A stretch of DNA of 64,000 bases, taken from positions 12,214,001 through 12,278,000 of the forward strand of contig NC_045138.2 in the NCBI RefSeq assembly GCF_008831285.2. The letters are read 5' to 3'. The DNA comes from Nymphaea colorata. Taxonomy: Eukaryota. The notes beneath the pieces were generated by a model. The model worked only from the letters and a program-made list of their open reading frames with translations, had not been told where the DNA came from and did not search any database. Positions 1-11,240 of the stretch are shown here, piece after piece; position 1 is the first letter of the stretch; each line of letters opens with the position of its first letter. The position numbers and the translations under genes were made by a program.

Positions 1-744
1 GAAGGCTTCGGAAATCCGCAGCGAAATTAATCTTAGCACAAGCTGTACTTAAAAAGAAAGAGATGCTGCTCAAATTCATAATGTCGCACATCCAAGCAAT
101 GAAGGTTTCATGTCAAGATCCAAGGGATCCTTACTATGTTATGGTTGGGAACGGCTGTATAAAGTAGGACGAATGGAGAGGATGCTGATAACTCTTCACG
201 TGTGGCAAGCTTCAATGTTGGTAATAATCAAATTTTAGAAAGAAGCAGTGGCGAAGCTGACTTTCGGTTAGCCATGGTCATGCTAGTAAGCGAACTGATA
301 ATAGAGTATTTCAGTGCGCCAATGTGTTGATATTCATTATTCTTATAAAAGATATTCACTATTCCTATAAAAAATTGGTTGCGAGCGTTTACGTTGATTT
401 TAGAGAAGAGGGAATGTCAAAAAGGTGTATTTTACTTATTGCCTTTGCTTGTTAATATTGTTATGCCCCGTCTATCTTCAAGTTTGCATGTGTCTAATCT
501 GTGACTTCTTTTGCATCAAGATGTCATAATACATGTTGCATTTTTTGTTCTTTACCTGCCACTATGAACGAAGACGATGCACATGGATTTTTCCCGCTCT
601 AATGGGGGTCTAAAGAACGTTTCAGAAAAAACGCTTTTTCTTCCCAATGGAAGTTTCCAAAGCAGTATCTTAGCCAATGAGAGATGAACGAGAGTACGTT
701 CCGGCAGTGGATTGACCATCCTTCCCTTGCATAAAACCATCTAC

Positions 745-1143
745 ATTCGATCTGGATCGGGTGTCCGATCGAACCGTCACGAAAAAGTCAGACATAAAAA
801 AAAAAAAAATCTACTATCTGATTAAGAAATTAGATCAAATTTGGACCAAGAAATGACACCCAATTACATCGGATATACATATAAATATATGATTGGATTC
901 CGATTCAGATTAGATTTAGTTTAAAAAATATATATATCATATATCAAATGCTCTTTTGAAAATCAGCCAGATTCGGTTCAAAATTCGGATTTAGATTTAG
1001 ATATGAATATAAAAGTCATATTCAAATCATGCAATTGGATTTTGAATTTGGACATGACTTTCTTTGTTCACATTCAAATCCGGAAGCAGATACGATTAAA
1101 GAGGTACAAACATCTGATTCGAATTCGATCCATTAACATCCTT
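745..1143. mobile_element. MITE / non-autonomous DNA transposon remnant (hAT-like)
   Basis: Dense ATCCGA/TCGGAT-type subterminal repeats ending in TCGATCCATTAACATCCCT, an end typical of plant MITEs. The other terminus and a TSD are not resolved. Confidence 0.45.
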
Positions 1144-2393
1144 CATCCGCATGAAAGGGCATGTAAAGAACTGTAAAATATTGTGAACCGATGAATGATT
1201 ACATATTTTACTTATTCAATTTGGGTTGAACTCAAAAAAAATAAAGCGAATAGAAAGAAGAAGGGAAAATTGATTAATAGATTATCAAAATGAAACATTA
1301 AAGCTGTCCAACATTAAGAGAGCGCGTTCGGTCGTCATAGAAAAAATCACCAGTTTTAAATTCAGGAATAAATTGCTGAAATAAGGTGGACGAGGATTCT
1401 TTTTGTTCCAAATTCACCTCATCTTCGAAATCCTAGAAGAGCTTTTATAGATAATTTTTTTGTTTGTTATCCCTCTATAATAAAGTTGGAAAAAGTATAA
1501 TGACCGCTTCAATACAACTCTCTTGACCCAACCAGAAAAGTGCTGGGGCGATTTCAAATTTTTTGTAAAGGAGTATGGCTTCCCCAAAAATTTCTGATAC
1601 GTGTTGGCCCGCCATGAATTTTTTTCTCAAAGAAACTTTTCTTAGAAAATTTGTCATGATTTTTGTAAATTAAGGATTTTTTGTTTTGCAGGACATTTGT
1701 TATAACAGTGTTTTATTGAAAATTTTTGATGGATTCTGAGCGGCCATATTACTTACGCTTTTTTTTTTTTTTTTTTTTTGGAAAAAGTCCAAAAAGTTTT
1801 GCGCCGGCCATGAAATACTTTATGAACGTCAGGCTATATATATTATGATTATGGCGCATAGCATGCGACGAATTGAAAGTTACCAAAATGGCCCTCTTGG
1901 CTAAATGGAGGGCCTTTCCCTCATGAAGGTAAAGGACAAATAAATATTTCTGTAAAATGACAAAAAGGCCCTTCAATTTGTACCGTGAGTAACACATGGG
2001 GTTCGACTTTTCTTTTTTCTCTTCTCGTCCTCTTTTCTCCTCTCAAATCTTGGAAAGTTTTCTCTAGTGATCACCAGCAACACGCGGCAAAGAGGACTGA
2101 TCCAGCAGCCTCCAATGTGCCGAAGCTTGAGAGGAGACAACCCGATTTAAAACCAGTGCCTTTTTTTTTTTTTTTCGTTTTTGAGAAAAAAAAATGTGTT
2201 TTTAAAGGCATGTTTTCTTATTATAAGGTATTGCACTAGCTGATTCACAATAATCCTTTTGTCTTTTTTGTTTCAAAAAAACAAAAGTTTCATCTGCAGA
2301 GGGTTGTACAGTTTTCCAACATCACCCTCCGAAGGCCAACTAGATTAGGTGGATATAATAGTGGTCTTGGCCTATCATGGACGATGGGTAGAC

Positions 2394-2789
2394 TGTTGAA
2401 TCTAGGCCTACTCTATCCAAAATACATTTGGTAAGCCTATATATGTCGATTATCATACATTACAGATTATCTTATGGATGAACCCAATTTAAAGTGATCT
2501 AATAAGTCTGGGTTTGTATCATTCATTTAGTGTGGATCATATTTAGAAACCAAATAGGGTCCATATCCAGTTTATGATGGGCAAAACTGTCTTTTGAATC
2601 CTCATAAGTTTATAAGTAGGGTTGTGTTCCTCAAAGCTCAAAGGGTTAGGAAAAATTCCATTGTGTGATTTCCACTATTCCCATCCTAGAGGATTTTGCG
2701 TCACACCTTTAAAGCCACCGTAAGATCCATTGGGCCTTCATCTAATAGTGCAATGGACATCGGTATGTTTTCCCTAATTAATTCTAACA
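2394..2789 (+). mobile_element. Probable Copia-type solo LTR, old
   Basis: Begins TGTTG and ends CTAACA, with an internal TATAAGTA box. The flanks only partly match (GTAGAC / ATACAC). Confidence 0.4.
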
Positions 2790-3217
2790 ATACACACAAG
2801 GTGGCGTAGGGCTATTGGCTTCCACATGCGCCACCACCGCTTTCCATTCAGGCGTGCATCTCTTTTTGGTCCTGCCCAAAAGCATCAGCCCACTAGAGCA
2901 TACCACTCTTTTGTTCTTTGTTAAAAAAAAATAAAAAATAAAAAGGAGAGCAGAAGACTTCTATACAATTCTTTTTGCACTTTATGAGATGATATCATTG
3001 TCAAGAAATTATGTGTGTATAAAGTATGTAAATGGGTAGAGACAAATAGGCAATCTAGGTCCACATCTCCCCCACTTACATTTTTCAAATCATTGATAAT
3101 CTGTCATGGTCTCCCCAACATTCTCAACCCAATCTTCCATCTTAGGCCTCAAGCACCCAATCAGAAAACAGCAAATAGTTAGCTCCAAGTCCCCACTTTT
3201 GATGCATTTGCAATATG

Positions 3218-3219
<2 letters not shown>

Positions 3220-3282
<63 letters not shown>
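3220..3282. repeat. (TA)n microsatellite
   Basis: About 31 TA units. Confidence 0.97.
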
Positions 3283-3286
<4 letters not shown>

Positions 3287-3299
3287 TTGAGTACCAACT

Positions 3300-4370
3300 A
3301 AAACAACAATAAAACCCCCTTTATGAAATGCGGACGAGGAAGAAGCGTAGCATGAAAGATTTTCATATTTGGAGATGTCTAGATGAGGCTAGCCATATAG
3401 GTCTAACAAAAGAAAATGAAATGCTAGGATAGTTAGCTGCTAGTTTGTTGGATATTCTGAAAGACCCAAAGATAATAAGTTTTATAATCACGTTAACGAG
3501 TCTTTTTTTCGAAGTAGAAAAATGCTTATTTCTTTAAAGATATAGAGTTTGAGGAAAGTGGTAAGGTTAGAGACCTTGTATTTGAAGAATAACATGTTTT
3601 TATTAATACAATTGCTATTGATGAAGACCATGTTCAGTTGCCTGACACAAATCAAATAGCAGATGTAAAACAAGGCATCATTCATGATTTCCCTGCTAAG
3701 GGATTGCATGTTTTCCTGAAGTTCAAACTCAACAACATCAAGAAATTCAGGAACAAGTGCCATTAAGAAGATATATTAGAAAGAGAAAAAAAAGAAATTT
3801 CTGATGATTACATTATATATCTTGAAGAACATACAAGCATTGATGGAACGAAAGATGACCTATTAACTTTCCTGAAGTCATCAATAGTCTTAACTTTGAA
3901 AAGTAGATAGATATTATGGAAAAAGAGTTGAAATATATGAAAGACAATAATGTTTGAGATCTCATCTTATTATCTACTAGTGTCAAACTTATTAGTTGCA
4001 AAAGGAGATTTAAAACCAAACAAGATTCGAATGGTAATCTAGAAAGATGTAACTTTTGTCCTGTTGCTAAAAGCTTAACTTAAAAGAAAGGAATTAATTA
4101 CATGGAGAATTTCTCTCCAGTTTCTTTGATGGACTCTTTCATAAACATAATGGAACTAGTAACTTTTTTGATTTGGAGCTTCATGAAATGGATGTAACCG
4201 CTAAGTTTCTCAATAAAGTCATTGATGGAATAATGTATATGGTACAATAGAAACCTTTGTATAGGTGATGCAAAAACATGGTTTGCAAATTAAAGAAATC
4301 CATGTATAGTCTTAAGTATACTTCCCATCAATGGTATCATAAATTTTATTATGTTACTATTTTATTTGGT
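3300..4370 (+). mobile_element. Decayed Ty1/Copia pol fragment (integrase end and RT N-terminus)
   Basis: Broken frames with Copia RT motifs: MKDNNV*DL, CK..FKTKQDSNGNLER, GINY.ENFSPV, MDV..FL, VCKLKKSMYSLK..S.QWY. Confidence 0.8.
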
Positions 4371-6010
4371 TTAAGGGCACGTTTGATTCCTTGGAAATGC
4401 ACTGTCGCTGAAGCTAAAAAATTCTAATTTAAAAAAAAAAAATCCTCCCCATCAACCTAGGGATAAAAAAAGTATCCATTAACCCAGTTTTCAGAAATTT
4501 TATTCCAGAAATTTTTTTCCACCGTGGGGGTGGAAAAAATTTTCCGGGGACGAAAAAATGCCCGTTAGGGCATTGTCCGTCTCGTGCGAGTGGAAGAAAG
4601 AGGTGGAAAGAGGGGACACCTGAAAACTTGGTCACTTGTGATGGCTGTGAGGCTGCTTGTCACCCGCGATAGCTGCGAGACGATGTATTCTGCAGAGAGA
4701 GAAGGAGAGAGAAAGGCATTAAAGGGAACCAGCTACATTAGAGGGAGAGGGCAGCTCTTTCAGACTGGGTTTCAAAAGAAGAAGAAGACAAAATATCAAA
4801 AAAGAAAACATTGAATCCACCTGCAAATGGTTTGGGTTTTCTCCATGCAATGCCAGCAGCTTCGCCAAGCTCCGGTCGGTGGTTGCCACTTGCATGTCAC
4901 CAGTCTGGTTTTCTTGTACCGGTGAAGAAGAGAGAACAGCAGAGAGGAGAGAATAGAGAAAGGCGGAAAAGGAAAGCTCGAACCTTCCTTATGCTGGTAA
5001 AATGAAAAACTTCAAAATGTGACACATCCTTTATAAAAATTATCTATACGCCCAATAATATTACGAAAATTTCAAAACAAATTTAATTTCCAGTTCCAAC
5101 TTTTGGCCATTAAACGTTGAAAACTACATTTTATATGTATGATTAAAAAATTAAGTAAAAACATGAAATTAAAAGAAAGAAACAAAGAAGAAAGGGGATT
5201 GTATTTAGGATTCCTGACCCAATCAGCGCATAAGTGAAATCAGTGATATCAAGTTTGCTATTTATTTTCATAAGGATACCTTTGCCTGAATTGTCTTTCA
5301 AATATCGTAGAATTCTGTAAACTGCTTTGATGTGCACCATTTTAGGCTTAAGCATGAATTGACTGATAACACTGACTGCATAGAAGATATCAGGACGAGT
5401 GATGGTTTAGTAGACAAGCTTTACTACTAGATGCTGAAACCTATCAACTTCTTCAATCAACTCTCCATCGTCTTGTCTTAGTTTACAATTATCCTCAAGA
5501 GGAGTGTCCACACTTTTGGATCCTAATATCAATGTCATTGTAGCAGATCCAAAGTATATTTTCTTTGACATAAAAACACACTCTTATATGAGTGTGCTAC
5601 CTCAATACCCAAAAACTACCTCAACTTTCATAGATCCTTGATCTCAAACTTGGCATGAAGCGTTGTTTTTACCATGTGAATCAATTGTGTATCATCTCAT
5701 GTCATTGTGATGATGTCAACATTGACCAATAATAACACAGTGCCGTTGCTAGTACAAAATATGAACAAAGTGTAGTCAGTTGTGCTGCATTTAAATCCCA
5801 TTTCAATAAAGACACTATTTACTTCGAAACCATGGCCGATGAGATTGTTTTAAGCAATATATTGATTTTTTAAGTTTGCACACCTTTCCAGTGTCATGAA
5901 TGTAACCTAGAGTAGGATTCATGTAGATTTCCTCTTCTAATTGGCCATGAAGGAATGCATTGTTTATATTCAGTTGTTGTACACACCAATTTTTATTTAT
6001 AGTCATAGAT

Positions 6011-6426
6011 TGTTCTCCTGCGTTTAGAGTCTGTACAGTTCTTTGCTTTGCAATGTACTTTCTTTGCTTACGTTGAGTCTTAGTGTAAGCTGTAGTGTTC
6101 ACCTGTGTCGGAATACCCTCCCAAAATGGTCTCCAAGTGTAATATTGAGATTCCTTATTTTGGATGGTCGGCATGGGAATTCTGTAAGCGGCTTCGGCCA
6201 TCCTATGTAAGTAAAGTTAAAAGTTTGCTTACTTCCCTCGTGATGTACTTATCTTGTTGAAAGTGAATATATTGCGAGTTTTCTTTCTACATTCTTGTGT
6301 ACTATGTGTCTTTTGTTTTGAAAGAAACGTTCAAGTGATCTGCGCCCACTTGAACAAGGCGAAGGCTTGCGGCTTACTGGCGAGAGTTTGCCGCGCCGCG
6401 CGGTTCGAAGGAGTCGGCCCGTGACA
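6011..6426. mobile_element. Solo LTR inserted in the Copia RT region
   Basis: TG...CA termini (TGTTCT...GTGACA) with a perfect 5-bp TSD TAGAT at 6006-6010 and 6427-6431. RT sequence resumes on both sides. Confidence 0.88.
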
Positions 6427-8400
6427 TAGATAGTAAAATCCACATATAACTCATTTTGCCAATCGGAGCAAAGGTCTCAATGAAGTTGATTCTTTCTCTG
6501 TGTGTATATCCTTTTGCAACGAGCCTTGCCTTGTATCATTCAACTGATCCATCACTGCTAAATTTGATTTTATATCCAACAACATCCAACTAGTCTTTTC
6601 AGGGGAAAACGACATCATGGTTCAAGTTTTATTTTTCTCTAATGCTTTCAACTCATCATTCATAGCTTCTTGCCACTTACAATCTTTGCATGCTTCCTCA
6701 AATGAGGATGGTTCGCTGTGAGCATATGCACTTGCCATACACACTTTATAGCATTTTCTAAGCCCACTAAAATCAAATCGATCTTCTATAGAGTGAATAA
6801 TAGGCTCTAAATGCAAACAATAGAAATAATAATCTCTTAGTTTAGATGGCGGTCTAGACACTCAAGTACATCACCTAAGTTCACTATCACTCTAGATCTG
6901 ATGAGCTGGTTATTCAATACTCATATTCTCCATCACAAGTGTTGCTTCTGTAGTCTCAATATTTATAGCAGTAGCGCCCTCGACAGACGGAGGCTCTTTG
7001 TTTGAAGAAAAATTTGGCATTGGAAGGATAGTGTTCATATATGTGTTCTTTTCATTCATTTCTTTTACATTCTCAAGAATATGCTTATGAAGATAAGGTT
7101 CTTTCTCATAGAATTTGACATTCTGAGAAATAAAAAGACATTTAGTAATTGGATTGAAGCATTTAAGCCCTTTTTTAAAAGTATCGTGTCCCACAAAAAT
7201 ACATTTGATGGCTTGCGGTCCAAGTTTATTGTGCACGTTTTATTGTATTTGAACATAGCACTTGTAGCCAAACACCTTAACATAATTTATGGAGACTTTT
7301 CTTTTTTGTAGAATTTCCATTGGAACCTGGTTTTCTACCCTAGAACTTGGCAACCAGTTAATGAGATAACATGCTACAGACACTGCATCAGCCCAAAAAA
7401 TTTGCGGAACATTCGTGAGAAATATAATAAATCGAGCTACATTAAGTAGATGTCTATTCTTGCATTCCGCAACTCCATTTTGTTGGGGAGTCCCAACACA
7501 AGAATTTTGTGGCAAAATACTATTTTTATTAAAAAAAAGTTTTCCACACATCATTTATATACCATCCAATATTGTTAGATCTAACATGTTTAATTTTCAA
7601 TCCAAACCGAGTAACTATCATATTGTAAAAATTTTTGAAAACTTTAGCTACCTCATGCTTATGCTTTAAGAAATATAGCCAAGTCATACACAATTTGTCA
7701 TCAATAAAAGTAACATAGCACTTAAATCCAAACACAGACTCAACTGGGGCTGGGCCCCAAACATGAGAATGTACTAAATCATACAATTCTCTACTTCTAG
7801 ACTGGGAATGTTTAAACGGCAAATGAGTAACTTGAGCATGTTCACATGTATCACAAGATAAATCGCTATAAGATAACTCAAGAATCATAAATTTCAAGGT
7901 CCTATATGGCACATGTCCAAGACGAGAATGCCAGAAATTAAAATTCATGCTTCATACAGAGTGGCTAAGAAAAGCTTTCACAAGATGCTTGATAATGTAG
8001 CGGCCATCATGCTCAACTCCTCTACCAATCGTTCTGTTCGTGTTCTAAAAGTCACATCCTTAGGAGAGAAGATAACTAAGCAATCATGAGACTTTGTAAT
8101 TTTAGCAATAGAGACAAGAATAGGAGCAATAGGAATAAGTAGGACATCAAAAACATTTTTGTGATAAAAAAACTTTACCTTGCTTGTTCCTGTTACTACC
8201 ATTTTGTATCCATCAGCAGTATAAACGCATGGATCATGATTAAGAACATTTAAATTTATATCTTGACTAGTCATGTGATCAGAGGCCCCAGAGTCTATTA
8301 TCCATTCAACATCCATTACACGTGGAAGATAAGAAGATAAGAAGATGAGAAGTTACATGTGTTGCATTGCAATGGATCAGACACAAGACTTGTAGATGTC

Positions 8401-9008
8401 AGATTGATGGTGCCAAGTCTAGGCTTGGACATTTGCTCAATGAATAGGGCGAGCTCCTCCTTAGCCACAAAATTTGTTGTATCAACTTTAGACGCCTTAT
8501 CAACATTGGAAACCTGTTCTTTGTAAGCCTCCTTGATGCGTGAAGGTCTGCCTATAAGATCCTAGCATCAGTTTTTAGTATGGCCTGATTTTTGGCAATT
8601 GGAACACCTCGATCAGCACAAACCTGATTCTGGTTTCCTCCCATTGAGATGATGGCTTCTTGAAATTAGCGTGTAGAGCCATTTGTTCATGCTGATGTTC
8701 TTTAAGATTGATGGTGCCAAGTCTAGGCTTGGACATTTGCTCAATGAATAGGGCGAGCTCCTCCTTAGCCACAAAATTTGTTGTATCAACTTTAGACGCC
8801 TTATCAACATTGGAAACCTGTTCTTTGTAAGCCTCCTTGATGCGTGAAGGTCTGCCTATAAGATCCTAGCATCAGTTTTTAGTATGGCCTGATTTTTGGC
8901 AATTGGAACACCTCGATCAGCACAAACCTGATTCTGGTTTCCTCCCATTGAGATGATGGCTTCTTGAAATTAGCGTGTAGAGCCATTTGTTCATGCTGAT
9001 GTTCTTTA
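8401..9008. repeat. Direct tandem duplication, 2 x 304 bp
   Basis: 8401-8704 and 8705-9008 read identically (AGATTGATGGTGCC...GATGTTCTTTA), with AG microhomology at the junction. Confidence 0.95.
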
Positions 9009-10779
9009 AGTTTTGACGCATGATTCTGTGTTTCCTCCCATTGAATCAAGGAACAAACGGTGTGACGGAAGGCAGAGGTGATGTCATTGGAATTTGATTT
9101 CTAAATTGTTCATAATCAGGCCCTAAACCAGCAAGAACCTTAAATACTTTATCTTCTTCAGCGGGCACTTGGGAGGTATCATCAGTAGGTTGGTGATATT
9201 GCTGCAGTTTGTCGAACATCCCACGCAACGTCCCAACATACATGTTGGACGACTTATCTACACGATTAAAATTATGAATTTTCTGTTGTAGTTCATATAC
9301 TCTAGCTAGGTTGTATTGATTTTCATACACTTCTTCACCCCATCCCAAATTTCTTTTGCTGTGTTCCAATACATAAGACCCCCTAGAGATCTCAGGCATC
9401 ATGGAATTTAACAACCAGTAACAGTGTCATTTTCTGATTCCCATCTCTCAAACGAAGGAGCTGGGGGGTCTGGTTGTCTGTATTTTCCAGTAATATACCC
9501 CCAATCTTGACTTCCCACCTAAAAACAACTTCGCAAATTTAGACCAGCTTAGATCATCCGTACCTGTAAAAGGCTTGGTAGTGATCCGCAATATGTGATT
9601 CTGATCAGAGTTGTGACTTTGATCTGAGCCTTCATGCCTTGCTATGTGTATGCATGCTGCCAATCTCTGGCATCGATACATTCTCTGATTCAGCTATGAG
9701 TAATGCAGAACATTGAACAACTTTCACCCGAGTTGACCACGCTCTGATACCATATCACGAAGAATGGATGCACAGCAAAAAATGCAAAGATACTCACTCA
9801 TGCAATAACAAAAGCAAGAAAGATTGGTTCAGCATTGGAGCCTACATCCATGGTGAGAAGACCTCACACTGCATTTTCATTATTTACCACACATACATTG
9901 GGACACACAAAACTTCTTTCTTAATGATCGACTCTCAACCAACATTCCTTTCAATCGCTTCTCGAGGAAAAGAATGGCACCAAAAAAACTGTTCAACTTC
10001 ACAAGAAAAAGAATGGCAGCAAAAAAACTGCTCAACTTCACGCAGAGTTACCAAAACACATGCACAAGCAATAATTGAAAGAAAGAATGGTGATAAGGTA
10101 AGAGCGAACAGGCAGAATGATGACACCAACCACTCTGGACTCCAGTAGAGGAGCATTCTGCATATTAGTCTGTTAATGTTTTTGCAAATGTTTTGATGTC
10201 TGACTTAAGTCATTGATAAAGACAAGCTCTGGATTCTTTTGTTCCTTTGCATCTATGAAAACTGTAACAAAGCAAAATGCAAATATATAATTATTTTATA
10301 GTTATTCTAGTACGACAAGTTCATAGTGAAGCATATGCTAGTTAATATGCAATCTCTGTATGTGCACACTTGAACTGAAGGGACTAAGTTGTTCTAGATA
10401 CCTTCCTAATCATTGTGAATATTTTAGCCAGATTCATTATCTTTCCAGGGGAAGAACCTGATTCAAGTGTTAGCTAACAACAGTATATTGCTCCCATGCC
10501 TGATTTACATAGACTGAAGTATGGAATCTAAGCCGTCTTCTTTTTATGGAACCCTAGATTATTAAATGTTCTCTTTACTCCTGAAATCTCCTCCATTCCT
10601 GCTGAGTTACAGCTGAAATAGACCGACAGCATGCTGCCCCTTTGGAGGCAGTAGCAATCTGAATATAACTCTGTCCCTCTGCAATGGTACGCGGTAGGCC
10701 AACTATCCAGAAGGATACCTGTAGCTAGCTAGCCATATACAAGTGTTCCTCAGTTGGTCTTGATCGTTCCTGAGGGAAA

Positions 10780-11090
10780 GCATGAATGAACTAGTCTTCA
10801 CAGATCTTCCGAATTCCCTCGCCTTTCTCATCCAACAAGCAGTGTTCTTCCCCATGTAATCTACTGTTCCTAATCAGCCATAGTCGCCAGACCACCTGAT
10901 GAAAATACGTGTCTCAGCATTTGGCCATCCATCCCCTTTTAGAATTGCAGCTAAACCACCACTTCCACTCTCTAACAAATGCTGGTCAACTGTTTTCGTT
11001 CATGGAAGTTCGAGTCAAATATTCAATCCACCATACAACCACACAACAGGAATGCTCTTAAGAGTTTGCAAGCCTCCTAAATGGAGATCA
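10780..11090 (-). mobile_element. Probable 3' fragment of an L1-type LINE ORF2
   Basis: The minus frame reads FVREWKWWFSC...KC*DTYFHQVVWRLWLIRNSRLHG, matching the WxIWxxRNxR motif at the C-terminus of plant L1 ORF2. Confidence 0.5.
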
Positions 11091-11240
11091 TGACTAATTA
11101 AAAAGTTAACTGCAATTGTTACTTTTTGTATCCTCACTAATTTTAGTGCAAATTGGGCAAGAGATCCGATGATGGGAGACACACCGATGTCTGATCGAGG
11201 GTAGTGTTCCCTCCCTTATAAGCAACTAGGATGCCACAAC

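Larger units (their letters stand above)
5200..10058 (-). mobile_element. Truncated, degenerate Ty1/Copia LTR retrotransposon (5' LTR ~9753-10058; 3' end lost)
   Basis: PBS-Met complement GCTCTGATACCA at 9741-9752; gag (RVYELQ, EEDKVFKVLAGL); protease WIIDSGASDHM; integrase [52 protein letters not shown]. Ends at the start of RNase H. The LTR outer end is approximate. Confidence 0.9.

Noticed and set aside
1..330. Coding-like sequence at the window start
   Set aside because: Only short open frames, with no recognisable domain or clear splice structure. It may be the tail of a neighbouring gene but cannot be supported.
4372..5053. Possible Tourist/PIF-like MITE starting TAAGGGCACGTTTG
   Set aside because: No convincing matching TIR or TSD at the other end.
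5815..6201. 128-aa ORF with a novel N-terminus fused to RT
   Set aside because: Chance read-through from the solo LTR into decayed Copia RT.
9968..10045. Short direct repeat (~40 bp x2), and the ~62-bp x2 repeat at 33960-34090, as CRISPR-like arrays
   Set aside because: Only two adjacent copies with no unique spacers, in eukaryotic TE context.
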